From Octopus vulgaris (taxonomy: Eukaryota), in assembly GCA_951406725.2 (NCBI GenBank), contig OX597830.1:74214001-74278000 (forward strand): a stretch of 64,000 bases of DNA, in the 5' to 3' direction. This document shows, in pieces, positions 13,300 to 26,441 of the stretch. A program made the position numbers and the translations under genes. Under the pieces are notes generated by a model. That model ran no database searches. It saw nothing but the letters and a program-made list of their open reading frames with translations, and was not told the origin of the DNA. Numbering within the stretch: position 1 is the first letter of the stretch; the number at the start of each line of letters is the position of its first letter.

Positions 13300-13478
13300 A
13301 ATATTTAGCCACATTTCGTCCGCCTTTATGCTCCGAGTTCAACTTCTGTCGAGGAAGACTTTGCCTTTCATTGTTTCAGGGTCTATAAAATAAGTACCAG
13401 TTATATACTGGAGTCGATGTAATCGACTAGCCTCCATTCTCGATTTTTCAGGCCTTGCGCCAAAATTAGAAAGGATTA
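13300..13478 (+). mobile_element. SINE family A, diverged
   Basis: GAGTTCAACTTC...GACTTTGCCTTTCATTGTTTCAGGGTCTATAAAATAAGTACCAG. Confidence 0.75.
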
Positions 13479-14494
13479 TAAATGATAATGGTGCTACCAG
13501 TTTGTTTAAACTTACTGATATTCTCATCCATGCTGATGCTGGTTTCGTTGGAATTGATTTTGATATTCTTTTAAAGTCCCACTTCTGTAAGGGTTTTGTG
13601 CTAGTCCTTGTTAGTGATTGCTTGTAACAATTGTTATAAGTAACATTGTTACTACTGTGGCTAGTATCGTTTTGTTGTAGATTGTACTAGGACTCTGTGG
13701 TGCACCATTCCAGCACTAGTGTTAATAAAGTTAAAATCAAGCAAGTTTCTCCTGAAAAAAATTTCCAGAGGAAACCTTTCGTTTCGCTTTCACAAGCTAG
13801 TTCTCTGAGACAGACGATAAGTTTAGCGTAAGAGCTAACAATCTATCATAACTACTTTTCCACCGTACTATCCTTTTTAAACGCCAATCGACGACGCAAG
13901 CAACACCAAAAGTTATTTATCTCTGCTTATTTGTTGATACATTACACGCAGTGACGTCATAAATCGCGGACATACTGGGTAGTTGCTTGGGTTCTCAAGT
14001 CTAGAGGCCCAATTCTATTATCTCTATGCTATGGTTAATGCAATTAGTACGTATGGCACGTAAATGCTTATTATAGTGCAGTGATGTACCTGCGGGATTA
14101 TAATGCCGCTAAGATGGCTCTGATTACAGAGAGAAATAATATTATTACCTATATTTAGGGGATATACCGAGAGATTTTGTCACACATTCTCCTTAGAGGA
14201 ATCTACTTTACAAACATCAAAGCGAATTTTATTGAAAACTTTATATAAAAATATGGAGAAAACATGTGTATCTTCGACGACGTACACAACCATTGTGGAC
14301 TCATAAACAGTACCTTATTTCTCGTGACGGATTATCTATAAGGATAGACATGGAGGGGGAGAGAGAAAAAGAGAGAGGGAGAGAGGGAGAGAGAGAGAGA
14401 GAGAAAGAGAGAGCGAGAAAGAGGGAGAAAGAGGGTAGAGATGGAGGGACATGTCCTAATACAGCAACCTTCGGATCTGTTAATCTTGGCACGA

Positions 14495-14690
14495 TCCCAG
14501 CAATTTCGAGGGTATGGTGGTTAAGTCGATTACATCGACCCTAGTCTTCAACTGGTACTTATTTTATCGACCTTGAAAGGATGAAAGACAAAGCCGACCA
14601 AGGCAGAATTTGAACTCAGACCGTAAAGACGGACGAAATACCGTTAATTATTTTACCCGGCGTGCTAACGATTCTTCCAGTTTGCAGTCT
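14495..14690 (-). mobile_element. SINE family A
   Basis: Reverse-complement match to the family A consensus. Confidence 0.8.
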
Positions 14691-15749
14691 TCGGATCTGT
14701 GAATATTATAAGGACGGTCTCACACTATATATCTATCAATAGAACAATTTTAATTATTTTTAAGGAACTAAATCCCTGAGACATTTTCCTAAACATGAAT
14801 AAGAAAACTGGTAAACATAAATAAATTAGATGTTTTAGATATGTTAGTTTTCCTTGAGGAGAATAAATCTCTAGAATTTCGATCAGAAACCCTTCTTTAT
14901 AGTCAGTTTAACAGTTAAATTTAGTAAATATCACCACTGTAAAGCAAAACTTCTGCTTTCATTGACTGCAGTCTCAGAGATGTTATATAAATCAGTTTAT
15001 TTTGTTTTGAAACGAAAAGTATCGCGTATACTCCTGACAGAATTGTCCTAGTGTTAAGTAGGAGAGGGAATCGAAATGACAAGGTTACTGCTTAAGACAA
15101 AGTCGTATAAACAAAATCATACGATCAACACACACATACAATCAGCACAGACACACCAACACAGCGAGAAAACCAAGGCAAAATATCATGTAGAAGATTT
15201 ACGATGTAAACAAAGGTATATCGACACATTATACGCAACAGAAGTTTAAGACAATAAGTGAAATAAAACAAAAACTAAATGAATAAAATATAAATAACTT
15301 GAAAGCGAAAACAGCAGTTCCAATGATAATAGCAGCATAGGGGACAATGATAAAAAATATAATTAGCAGTAATAAGAAAATAAAAAATATCAGCAACTCA
15401 ATTTCTAGTTGTGTTACAGAATGGCCACAAAACAGAAAAATAAACTACAATGATATTAGCATCAGCTGCTGCTACTGCTAATGATGATGCGGATGGTGAT
15501 GATTACTGTATTTGTAATATGAATAAGTTCGCATTATTAGGGAAAAAAAAAAAAAAAAAACTGTCCCTTATATCATAAATATTTTTCTATCCTTCATCAG
15601 TGTTCGCAAACACGCAGACACTCTCACACACACTCACACACACGCACACACACTTATAAATTATGATCAAATATCACGATAATTCAATGAGGTACTAAGT
15701 TCGTTAGACACCGAGGTCCTTAAATAACACTTCAAATAAAAATACACAA

Positions 15750-16206
15750 ACACATGCATGAGCGGTACATCATTTGTACGATGTGGAGAATATACCGCCA
15801 ACTTTGCCCAAACAACCTTAACATTAGCTTCAAGGTTCATCCAAGACTGGGACCACGGGCCATACGTCCCCTGCCCAATTCAAGATCACAGCATACATGT
15901 ACACTGCAACATAATTTATTTTCCTCAACAGGCCCTGCCCTATTTAACATTGTCCCGAGGGAGATCAAAGAGGAAAAGGATCCCATCAACTTTAAACGGA
16001 GTCTGGATAGATTCCTTCAAAGAATACCAGATAAGCCACCCATAATTGGATACAACTCACCCAACAAGAACTAACTACTTGAATGGACCATAAACAAAAC
16101 TTGACTTAAACAGGATTCGAATATTCCTATCAGGTGGTGCTATTAAGTTAGACATGGCCTGGACCAATCTTTGGTCGAAACATATCTAAGTTTTATCTAA
16201 GTTTTA
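15750..16206 (+). mobile_element. CR1-group LINE, 5'-truncated 3' end (ORF2 C-terminus, 3' UTR, tail)
   Basis: ERYIICTMWRI...GPALFNIVPREIK...FKRSLDRFLQRIPDKP is typical of CR1-group ORF2 C-termini; 3' hairpin GACCA-ATCTT-TGGTC and a TATCTAAGTTT x2 tail. Confidence 0.8.
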
Positions 16207-16819
16207 TATGTCCCGCGGGGGAAAAGGAACAAAATCAACGAACAAGAAATGAATTCGCAAAATTTATAAACCAAGGCCCAAAAACAAGTCTTGGCATGAG
16301 AAAGCGAAAGCAAGTTAAATGGAATGTCTTTCGATAAGGGTTTTTACGTTTTTTCAAGGAAAAACGGGTAAAGGAAACACGTACACAAATGAACATTTCG
16401 TTGAGAGATGGTAAATGATTAAAATAATATTCTCACCAAGAGAGAGAAACTAAATATTCTCTGTTGCTTCAAACGCCAAATAACGGGAACAGACTGTTTC
16501 TGAGTGTTCGACAATCATAGATGACCATTACAAGGGATTACTATTACAGAAAGAAACGATCAAACAAACAGGTTGGAGAAACAACACGAGCATGATATAC
16601 AGGTAATCTTTCAAATGAAAGGAAGCAAAAACAATACATGTAAAAAATACATATAAAAATCTCACATCCATGAGACATACCTTCATCATTGGATCCATGT
16701 ATTTGTACATCTTAGAGCGTAATTTATATTGCCATCGTACAGTCTCAAAGAACAAATCTAGCTCTTCCGACGGTTCGGATACACACACAGACACTCACAT
16801 ATATCTATATAACTATATA

Positions 16820-16996
16820 TTAGCGTAGGAGTGGCTGTGTGGTAAGTAGCTTGCTTACCAACCACATGGTTCCGGGTTCAGTCCCACTACGTGGTATCTT
16901 ATGCAAGTCTCTTCTACTATATCCTCGGGCCGACCAAAGCCTTGTGAGTGGATTTGGTAGACGGAAACTGAAAGAAGCCCGTCGTATATATGTATA

Positions 16997-17039
<43 letters not shown>

Positions 17040-17249
17040 GTGTCTGTGTTTGTGCCCCCAACATCGCTTGACAACCGATGCTGGTGATGTTTACGTCCCT
17101 GTTTCTTAGCGGTTCGTCAAAAGAGACCTATAGAATAAGTACTAGGCTTACAAAGAACAAGTCCTGGGGTCGATTTGCTCGACTAAAGGCGGTGCTCCAG
17201 CATGGCCATAGTCAAATGACTGAAACAAATAAAAGAGTAAAGAGTAAAG
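16820..17249 (+). mobile_element. SINE family B, full length (tRNA head, CORE-like block, internal microsatellite, LINE-like tail)
   Basis: Complete bipartite structure also seen at 19197, 26935 and 43021; tail (AGTAAAG)n. Confidence 0.9.
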
Positions 17250-17358
17250 ATTATAAGCATGTACGAATGTATTTGCATATGGACGTACATACTCGTAAGT
17301 ATATATGCATATATGACTATATATTCATATACAAATATATAAAAACATGTGTGTATAT

Positions 17359-17966
17359 ATTGATTGATTGATTGATTGATTCTAGTTTCAGCTCACGAGC
17401 TGTGGCCATGCTGGGGCACCGCCATTTGGTGTTGCTACATGGTTTTACTTCACGAATGCATTTTAGCAACTGCCATTTGGTGCATGAGAGAGTTCGATGC
17501 AGCTGCCCTCATCTGCACCTCCTGCCGTGAAGTTGGTTCATCTGGGATACCTGACAAGAAGAGATCCAGTTTCATTTTAAAGACATCTGCATCCACCCCA
17601 TGCAGGTCTCTTAGGTTCTTCGGGAGGATATTGAAGAGCTGTGGGCCTCGGAAGCCCAGGCTATCACAGTATCTTGTCCTACATCTTGATGGCAAATTTG
17701 GAGTCTTAGACACCACGCAGTGGCGCCCAGTTCTGGCATTTGTGTAACTCTCGATGCCAAAGTTTGGGACAAGTCCTTCCAGGATCTTCCAGATGTATAT
17801 TATGGCATATCTTTCTCGCCTACGCTCCAAGGAATAGAGTTTTAATCTCTTGAGTCTTTCCCAGTAGCTTATATTCTGCACAGAGGCTATCTTCTTCGTG
17901 TAGCTACGTTGGATCGCCTCAAGTTCTGTGATCAACTTGACACTATGGTGACCATAGCTGAGAGCA
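17359..17966 (-). mobile_element. CR1-group LINE, 5'-truncated 3' end
   Basis: ORF 17450-17935: LEAIQRSYTKKI...YWERLKRLKLYSLERRRERY...GPQLFNILP...FKMKLDLFLSGIPDEP, preceded by a CSQLWSP remnant; (AATC)n tail. Confidence 0.9.
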
Positions 17967-18064
17967 ATATATATATATATATATATATACTTTTATTATT
18001 TTATTTGTTTCCGTCATTTGACTGCAGCCATGATGGACACCATCAACTTTATATGATATGTGGG

Positions 18065-18140
<76 letters not shown>

Positions 18141-18488
18141 ATCTATCTATCTATCTATCTACACAATCACACGCGCTCGCACACACGTACACACGTGCGC
18201 ACGCAGACACACACACACATATTGGCAAGCCTCAACTTACATCGTTTCGAGTTATAACTTAGTCGATTTTACGTCCTGTTATTATTTTATAGAAATTAAT
18301 GGAGAATAAAACTGCAATCTCCGTCTAATTGTTCGTCTTTATATCGCGCTTAGCAAACATATTCAAAAGAATATCAATAAAAAAAAACAACTTAAAAACC
18401 AATACTGCATCAAACAAAATACATATGATAATATGCACAAACTATTGATTAAAAAACATATATAAACTGATTAATATTCTGCGATGAA

Positions 18489-18682
18489 GAAGGCGTCGAG
18501 CTGGCAGAAACGTTAGCACGTCGGGCGAAATGCTTTGGAGTATTTCCTTTGCCGTTCAGAGTTCAAATTCTGCCGAGGTCGTCTTCCGGGGTCGGTAAAT
18601 TAAGTGCGCATTGGTGTCGATCTAATTGATTAGTCCCTCTCCTCCAAAATTTCAGGCATTGCACCTAATGTAGAAGAGAATA
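18489..18682 (+). mobile_element. SINE family A
   Basis: AAGGCGTCGAGCTGGCAGAAACGTTAGC head; internal deletion. Confidence 0.8.
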
Positions 18683-18732
18683 TTTTGAAATGAGCTTTAC
18701 ATGTTACATCGTTTTTGGAAGAGTTAAGTCGC

Positions 18733-18763
<31 letters not shown>

Positions 18764-19135
18764 TACATACATATATATATATACAGACAAACACATGCGT
18801 GTGTGTATGGTGAGTACATATATACTTATACACAAAGAATTTTGTCATGCATTTTGTGAAATTTGGTGCGACTCGTTTTAATACGTAGAATTCGATGAAA
18901 ATATTTCTTTCGACCCAGTTATATATCGGTTTCGACCCCTTTGAACAACGCATACACTAATACAAACCCATACATACATATACAAAAGTTCATATAGAAC
19001 GTATAAAATATCACCCTGGATAACAGACAGCTTTGTATTAAGTTATTTGTGGTGGATGCCACGCTGCTGTGATATCCAACCTAACATCACAGAATTATAT
19101 GTATGTAAGTTAATGAAGACACATCCATGTCCGTA

Positions 19136-19196
<61 letters not shown>

Positions 19197-19198
<2 letters not shown>

Positions 19199-19387
19199 TT
19201 TTATTTGTATCAGTCATTTGACTGCGGCCACGCTAGAGCACCGCCTTTAGTTGACTCCAGGACTTATTCTTTGTAAGCCTAGTGCTTATTATATCGGTCT
19301 GTCTTCCCGACCCGCTAAGTTGCGGGGACGTAAACACACCACCATCGGTTGTCAAGCGATGTTGGGGGTACAAACACAGACTCACAG

Positions 19388-19484
<97 letters not shown>

Positions 19485-19645
19485 CATGCTTCTTTCAGTT
19501 TCCGTCTTCCAAATCCATTCACTAGGCTTTGGTCAGCTCGTGGCTTTAGTAGAAGACACTTGCCCAAGGTGCCACACAGTGGAAATGAACCCAGAACCAT
19601 GTGGTTGGTAAGAAAGCTACTTACCCCACAGCCACTCCTGCACCT
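19197..19645 (-). mobile_element. SINE family B, full length
   Basis: Reverse complement of 16820-17249 with an internal (CA)n/(TA)n. Confidence 0.9.
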
Positions 19646-19802
19646 ATATGTATATATTTATAGACACATCCATACATATATAATTTAATATGCATGCATA
19701 TTGCTCCGTATGCATGAGCATATGGGAGTTTGTGCGTGTGTGTGTGTGTATGTGTGCGTGGGTGTCCCTCGGTGTTTGTGTATGCACAGATACATAAGTA
19801 TG

Positions 19803-19845
<43 letters not shown>

Positions 19846-19970
19846 AACCACGCATTCACATATGCTTAGATGCATAAAATATACATATGTATTTATGCTT
19901 GTATACGTATGTATATATACATATACATAAATACCTACCTACCTACATACATATTCATATACATATATAT

Positions 19971-20034
<64 letters not shown>

Positions 20035-20066
20035 GCACACACACATAAATACATATATATATATAT

Positions 20067-20078
20067 ATATTCGTGCAG

Positions 20079-20118
<40 letters not shown>

Positions 20119-20132
20119 CTGCACGATATATA

Positions 20133-20172
<40 letters not shown>

Positions 20173-20178
20173 GTGCAG

Positions 20179-20234
<56 letters not shown>

Positions 20235-20252
20235 CATATCTGCACGAATATA
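20067..20252. repeat. two tandem palindromes, each TCGTGCAGATATGT-(TA)n-ACATATCTGCACGA
   Basis: Arms at 20071-20084/20113-20126 and 20171-20184/20234-20247. Confidence 0.9.
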
Positions 20253-21373
20253 ACCCCGTGCAAGTAATGGCTGTCATAAATGCATAAGTGTATGTGCATA
20301 TACGCATGCAAGCATGATTCGCATCAATATTCCTTTTGTTCATTCTATGCTGCATATACCATATACGCCATATACACCTGTCTTTGTCCTTGCGAAATCA
20401 AAGCCAGGAATGTTCAATGATTATTCTTTATCGCTTCACTATTAATGTCTCCAAAACCTATTTTCGCTAACAGTTTGTTTGTGCTTTTGTTAGTTCGCTT
20501 AACACTTTGTTCATTAATCTATCATTCATTTATTTCATGTATATATTTCATGTATATATTTATGCATTTATTTATCTTGTTTGCACATATTTTTTTTTTA
20601 CCTCTTCTTGATTTCTCTGTATTTATATAGTTTTTGTTGCTGTGTTGTTTACTTGCCTTTTTTTTAGCTCTTTCGCTCGAATCTGTCTCCTCTAGTCTGA
20701 GTTTGATGCATACAATATTCTATTATTTTCTATCTTAGAGATGTGTGAATGGCTGGGTTGCATAAAGGTACGCGTAGCAAAATAACAAGTTAAATCTAGC
20801 TGTCGGCAGCCCTTTTCTAGAAATCCGTTCCAGTGTTATATTGTGGCTGCAGTTAAGACATTTTCAATAAAACTAGGTCCGAAACGGTCCTCTGCTCAAC
20901 AACAAAAAACAATAGCTGTCGCGTAAAGCCACATTCGTCATGATTTCTGCGCATTGGGGTCATCCACAGAATCAACAGACACAGAGACAAGAGCTAACAA
21001 AGGGAACCTAAAATTAATCTGATTGGTGCATCTACTAGAAATAGCAACCGAATGCTCTTCATAGCTAATGCAAACGTTTTAGAAAGAAAAGGAACATTGG
21101 ATAATATAGTACTTCATACTCTGAAGATCTTGTGGGGCACGGGTGAAATGTTTTTTCATCACAGGTCAAATGCATTTGATTAAAAGTTTCCTAGTTTAGA
21201 GTTGTACGTTTTAATTAATGATAAAATGTTTTTTGGCTAATTCTGGAAGAAAATCGGCAATTTATTTTTTTAGTGCTGAGTTCCGCTTCTGCGCGGTAGA
21301 TTCGAAAAATTAGAACCTATAGACACGTGGCGGGTTATTTATCGCTCCGTGCCTATGAGTTCTGTCCTGGCAA

Positions 21374-21460
21374 CCTACTGAAGAAGCAGCGCCAGATATA
21401 GACTGAAATTATTTCATTTCAGTCTGTATTTAAGTCTGCAGAAACCTTGCAGGGTCTAGG
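21374..21460 (+). ncRNA. type I hammerhead ribozyme with extended stem II
   Basis: CCUA-CUGAAGA-A-GCAG...[16-bp hairpin 21394-21409/21416-21431]...CUGC-A-GAAA-CCUUGCAGG-GUC-UAGG; predicted cleavage after 21456. Confidence 0.8.
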
Positions 21461-21591
21461 ATTAAGGTAAAATGTTTTATTTTCCAATCACTTTCGGAAT
21501 TACAACAATTGGTGGCTTAGAGTTTTAAATGCTCTTTCTAGCGAGTCAGATATCCTATTCTTCGGATATCTCTTTTATGTTTGAACGTACA

Positions 21592-21669
<78 letters not shown>

Positions 21670-21872
21670 ATGTGTGCGTGTGTGTGTGTGCGTATGTATT
21701 TAGAGAAAAACAACTATTAAACAATTCAATAAAGAGGTTATTCACACCATATAGAAAACATATAAAAAAACATTATTGTCTGGCTGCTTCTTTGTTACAA
21801 GTCTGTCACACCTGTGTATAATAGTGTCTCGGTTCGTTTGACGATAATATAATATTTCTTTCTCTCTCTCTC

Positions 21873-21933
<61 letters not shown>

Positions 21934-21981
21934 GTAAAAAAATATACAAACTGGGAATATATATATATATATATATATATA

Positions 21982-22190
21982 AACCAGACTGCGTGTGTAC
22001 CGTTGGCGATTTTCTCCTCCGTCTTCCCTTCTCTGGATCTTTCCTTTTCCTATGTTCCTGACGAAGAGCTCCACTCGAAACGTTAAAACCTCCTTCTTCC
22101 CTTCTTTCCTGAGCGACCAATTATACTATGTTTGTTTCACGTCCTCGCGTTGTTGTGTTTTCTCTTTGTGTTTTCATGTTTGGATTAACT
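21982..22190 (+). mobile_element. TA-flanked pLTR-like insert with a minimal hammerhead (22054-22089)
   Basis: GUUC-CUGACGA-A-GAG(CUCCA)CUC-GAAAC-GUU-AAAAC; (TA)n on both sides. Confidence 0.65.
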
Positions 22191-22458
22191 ATATATATAT
22201 ATATATATACCAATTTCAACGGATTTCACCCAAAGTTGATGTCGATGTTACTTAGTGTGGTTTAAAATAAAGAACTTTATTAGCTTAATAATCCTAACTT
22301 AATCCCGAGCAAAGCTGGGTTAGTGTTATATAACGTTCTTAATGGGAAATGAATTATAGCACTGACTCAAAGGCTGAGAGTTTCATACTAAAAAGTGTTC
22401 TCTGCCCTACAGTTTCCATATGCATACATATATACGTATATACATTTCTATCTATCTG

Positions 22459-22573
<115 letters not shown>

Positions 22574-22726
22574 ATATATATATATATATCTCTACCTATC
22601 TATCTATCTATCTATTTTTTGTTTCTTTTGTTTTTTGTTTTTTTGTTTTTTTCATCCCCCAAAAGAAAAGCTCTAACTTGTAACTTGTCCCATCTGTGTG
22701 CAGCCCTGTGTGGCCAATAAAGAAAC

Positions 22727-22817
<91 letters not shown>

Positions 22818-22845
22818 CCTACCTATCTATTTATCTATCTATCTA

Positions 22846-24087
22846 TCAAGTCATTCCATAAGTTTTGTCCGAATTTTGAATAAAGAAAACAAGTGATCAA
22901 ATATTATATTTAATTGAAATTTAATCATCAATGTACTTTCCCTGATTATCTATGACTTCCTTCCATCTATTTACAAGCTTTTTAATCCCATCAATGTAAA
23001 ACTCTTTTGGTTTTAAAATGAAGAACTCTGAAATATCAGATACGACTTCCTCCTGGCTTGCGAAAGTTATGTCCCCCAAATTATTCTGTAAACTACGAAA
23101 CAAATGGTAGTCTGAAGGAGTAAGATTGGGAGGATAAGGTGGATGAGGACTTTTTTCCCAACCAAGCTCTTCGATCTTTTGTGATGTGATCTTTGCAGTG
23201 TGCGGTCACGCATTGTTCTGATGAAACACCACTTCTTTTGATTCACTAAAGTAGGTCTTCTTTTCTTCAAAGCTTGGTTCAAACGCTCTAAATGCTGACA
23301 GTAGACTTGAGCTTTGATTGTTGCATTAGGTGGTAACAATTCAAAGTGAATTACTCCTTTTCAATCCCACCAGATAGAGAGAAGAACCTTTTTCCCTTGA
23401 AGTTCCCTTCTCGGTTGTAGTTGAGCCTTTTCCCTTTTACCAAACCACTGTTTAACATTTCGTTTAACATTTCGATACAAGATCCATTTTTTGCCACCAG
23501 TTACAAGTCTATCCAAAAAGGGTGAAATGAGTTCGCAAGAATGGAGAGAAGAGATGTCAACTCAGCATGACACCCATTTTCCAAGATTAGGAACCTTTCC
23601 AAGTTGTTGAAGTTGACGATGACCAGTTGTATGGTTTTAACTAATCTTTCTTGCCAATTTTTCAACTGATAATGCAGGATTTTCTTCAAGTAATTCCTCA
23701 AGGAGCTTATCATCGAACTTCATCTTCAAGGCTGAAATCTCCACTTCTGAATTTTGCAAACCAACTGCTGCAAGTTCTTTCATTCAAGCATTCTTTCTCA
23801 AAAACTGAGTGTATGTTTCGAGTCGCTTCGGCTGCAGAGTTTCCTTTTTTGTACTGATAATGCACTATGTGCTTCAAATGCACTTTGGCTACTTCCATGT
23901 TATAAAGGGTTTTAATTAAAGAAATTTTAATTCTATTATTCTGTAAAATAATATTTAATTAGTTTAAATGAAATGTATACAAATGTATAAAAATAATTTT
24001 TAATTCCATTAGACATTCTAAAATACTATTAAATTTCATTCAATTTTAAAAAAGACAAATTCGAACAGAACTTATGGGATGGCCTGT
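22846..24087 (-). mobile_element. mariner (Tc1/mariner) transposon, full length, decayed transposase
   Basis: ~30-bp imperfect TIRs (TCAAGTCATTCCATAAGTTTTGTCCGAATTT) and TA TSD; frames give YKKGNSAAEATRNI...WFAKFRSGDFSLEDE, RLVTGGKKWILY and HPPYPPNLTPSDYHLFRSLQN. Confidence 0.93.
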
Positions 24088-24115
24088 TATCTGTCTATCT
24101 ATCTATGTATGTATG

Positions 24116-24222
<107 letters not shown>

Positions 24223-25419
24223 TTACACATACACACGCATACTCACCCACATTCACACATTTATACACACACACACATATACGAATAAATGGGACAAACA
24301 GTTGAGTCTTAATTATTACAATTATTACAATTATTAATCTGACAGTAGAACGTGATATAATAACGCATCTCCTGTTGACGCTTGTTTTGTCCATTTACTA
24401 CGCTACATCAACATCTTATTGACACACTCTACCGGCTCGAGCGTCAGCTAATCTCAAATCATTTGTATAAATAAATGTCATTTTTCTACCAATTTTCATT
24501 TGAAAGCATAAAACACACCGCACACCGTGGTTTTTTTGACACTCGGAAAACCTTCTCATCCAGCAAGAATCACAGTGAAGTCTGCTTGTTTTCGATATCA
24601 TTACTGATCGCCTAAAAATCGAAAAAAATAATCACGAGAAATAAAGGAAAAATAAAAGAAATGTTATACCGGGCGAGTGTCACTGCAACCTCAGTGGACA
24701 ATATAATGCGAAGATGTAGACTTTATGCCTCATAAAGCACATCTCTCTTAATTAAGTCAGGCTGTTTCTTTGTTACAAGTCTGTCACACCTGTGTAGAAT
24801 AGTGTCTCGCTTCGTTTGACGATATTAACGTTTCTTTTTTCACATTTATTAAACATGTACGAAATTGAACCAGACTTATAGAAAATCAATTTCTCTTTTA
24901 CCACTTACTGTTACCCTGTATGTGAAGTTTGTTGAATTTTTAAATAACGAGATAAAATAAAAATTAAGTCGATTTTGTCGGGCGCTAACCAAGCGAAATT
25001 AATTCTTCACAAAGTCAGTAAACACTTGTAAAAAATTTAAAGTGAATAAAATAAATTATCGAATTGAAAAGATTATGTAACTTTTAATGGGTTTTGAAAA
25101 CATATTCCCCCAAAAGATAAAAAATACCCAAAAATATTAAACCGCCTCTATGCATCAAATACACAGATATAATAACAGTGAAAGCTTTGTCTTATTGTAG
25201 AGTGTGGAGATATTCAGCCCCTCTTCAAAACTTTGATTTGTAATATTGGATGGACAAAGCTATGTATTTTGAATATACTGGAAGATGTCAAGTAGAGTCG
25301 ATTATTGTGATCATAGTATTTTTATATTTGTCTGGTATTTAATTCTTATCAACCTAGAGAGCAAAATTTATTCTCACTGAATTTGAATTTAGATCTCGAC
25401 GAAACACGTGGACGGAAGA

Positions 25420-25462
25420 GTCGCTGAAGAGGTCACAGATGCGTGACGAAAGATTTCCAGAC
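25420..25462 (+). ncRNA. compact type I hammerhead motif
   Basis: GUCG-CUGAAGA-G-GUCAC(AGAUGC)GUGAC-GAAAGAUUUC-CAGAC; stem I has a 1-nt bulge; stem III is the near-palindrome AGAUUU. Confidence 0.6.
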
Positions 25463-25684
25463 AATGGACGTAAGATAAAATATGAACAATATAATAAACG
25501 AGTGAAGAACGAACATATAGTGCTCGTATTTATTTGGCAAGAGAAAAGAAATGGCCATCCAAAATATATCAATATATGTATATATACACACACATCATGG
25601 CAGTGCCCCAGCATGGCCACAGCCTTAGGGCCGAAACATATAAAAAAGAATCTCTCTCTTTCTGTCTGTCTGTCTGTCTATCTA

Positions 25685-25782
<98 letters not shown>

Positions 25783-26370
25783 AGATAACAATATCAGTAA
25801 CCGTAAAATGTACCAACTCCACTATTTATAAATGAAACCACGCTGGATTTGAACTAATAAATCATAATAATTATTGATTTAAGCATCAGCACAAGGCTTA
25901 ACATTTGCAGGAGGGAAACAGTAATTTACATCCATCACGGTACTTGACTGATACTCTACTTTATTGATTGTAACAAGATGAAAAACAAAGTTGACTATTG
26001 CCACATTTGAACTCAAAGCGTATAGATGCGAAATAAATACGAAACGTATATTCGTAACGGTCTAACAATTCAGTCAGTCCATTTTGTTTCTAGCTTAGAT
26101 ACAAGATATAAAATTTGGGAGAGGAGTTATTCCATATTATCAAACCAGTACATAACTGGTACCTTATTTTATTAGTGCTGGAGGAATGAGCGGCAAAGTT
26201 GACAGCGGGGAAATTTGAACCCAAAGCTTAAACAGCTGCTACAAGAAATAGCAGGGCATTTTATTCCGACGTCCTAATGACTCTGTCGATCCGCCACCGT
26301 TAGTAGATGTTTCAAATTTTGAAACATGGTCAGCCATTTTAGGGAGAGAAATAAAGATAGAAAGATAGAT

Positions 26371-26441
<71 letters not shown>

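Noticed and set aside
17188-17226. Hairpin + GAAAC in SINE/LINE tails as half a hammerhead
   Set aside because: No CUGANGA upstream; better explained as the LINE RT-recognition stem-loop.
21117-21160. CUGAAGA-UCUUGUG...CACGGGU-GAAA
   Set aside because: No stem I complement downstream and no proper stem III.
21782-21848. ~65-bp segment repeated at 24760-24826
   Set aside because: Two copies of an unclassified dispersed repeat; no structural or coding signal seen.
24416-24601. Cys-rich 61-aa ORF as a piggyBac cysteine-rich domain
   Set aside because: Cys spacing does not match and there is no TTAA/TIR support.
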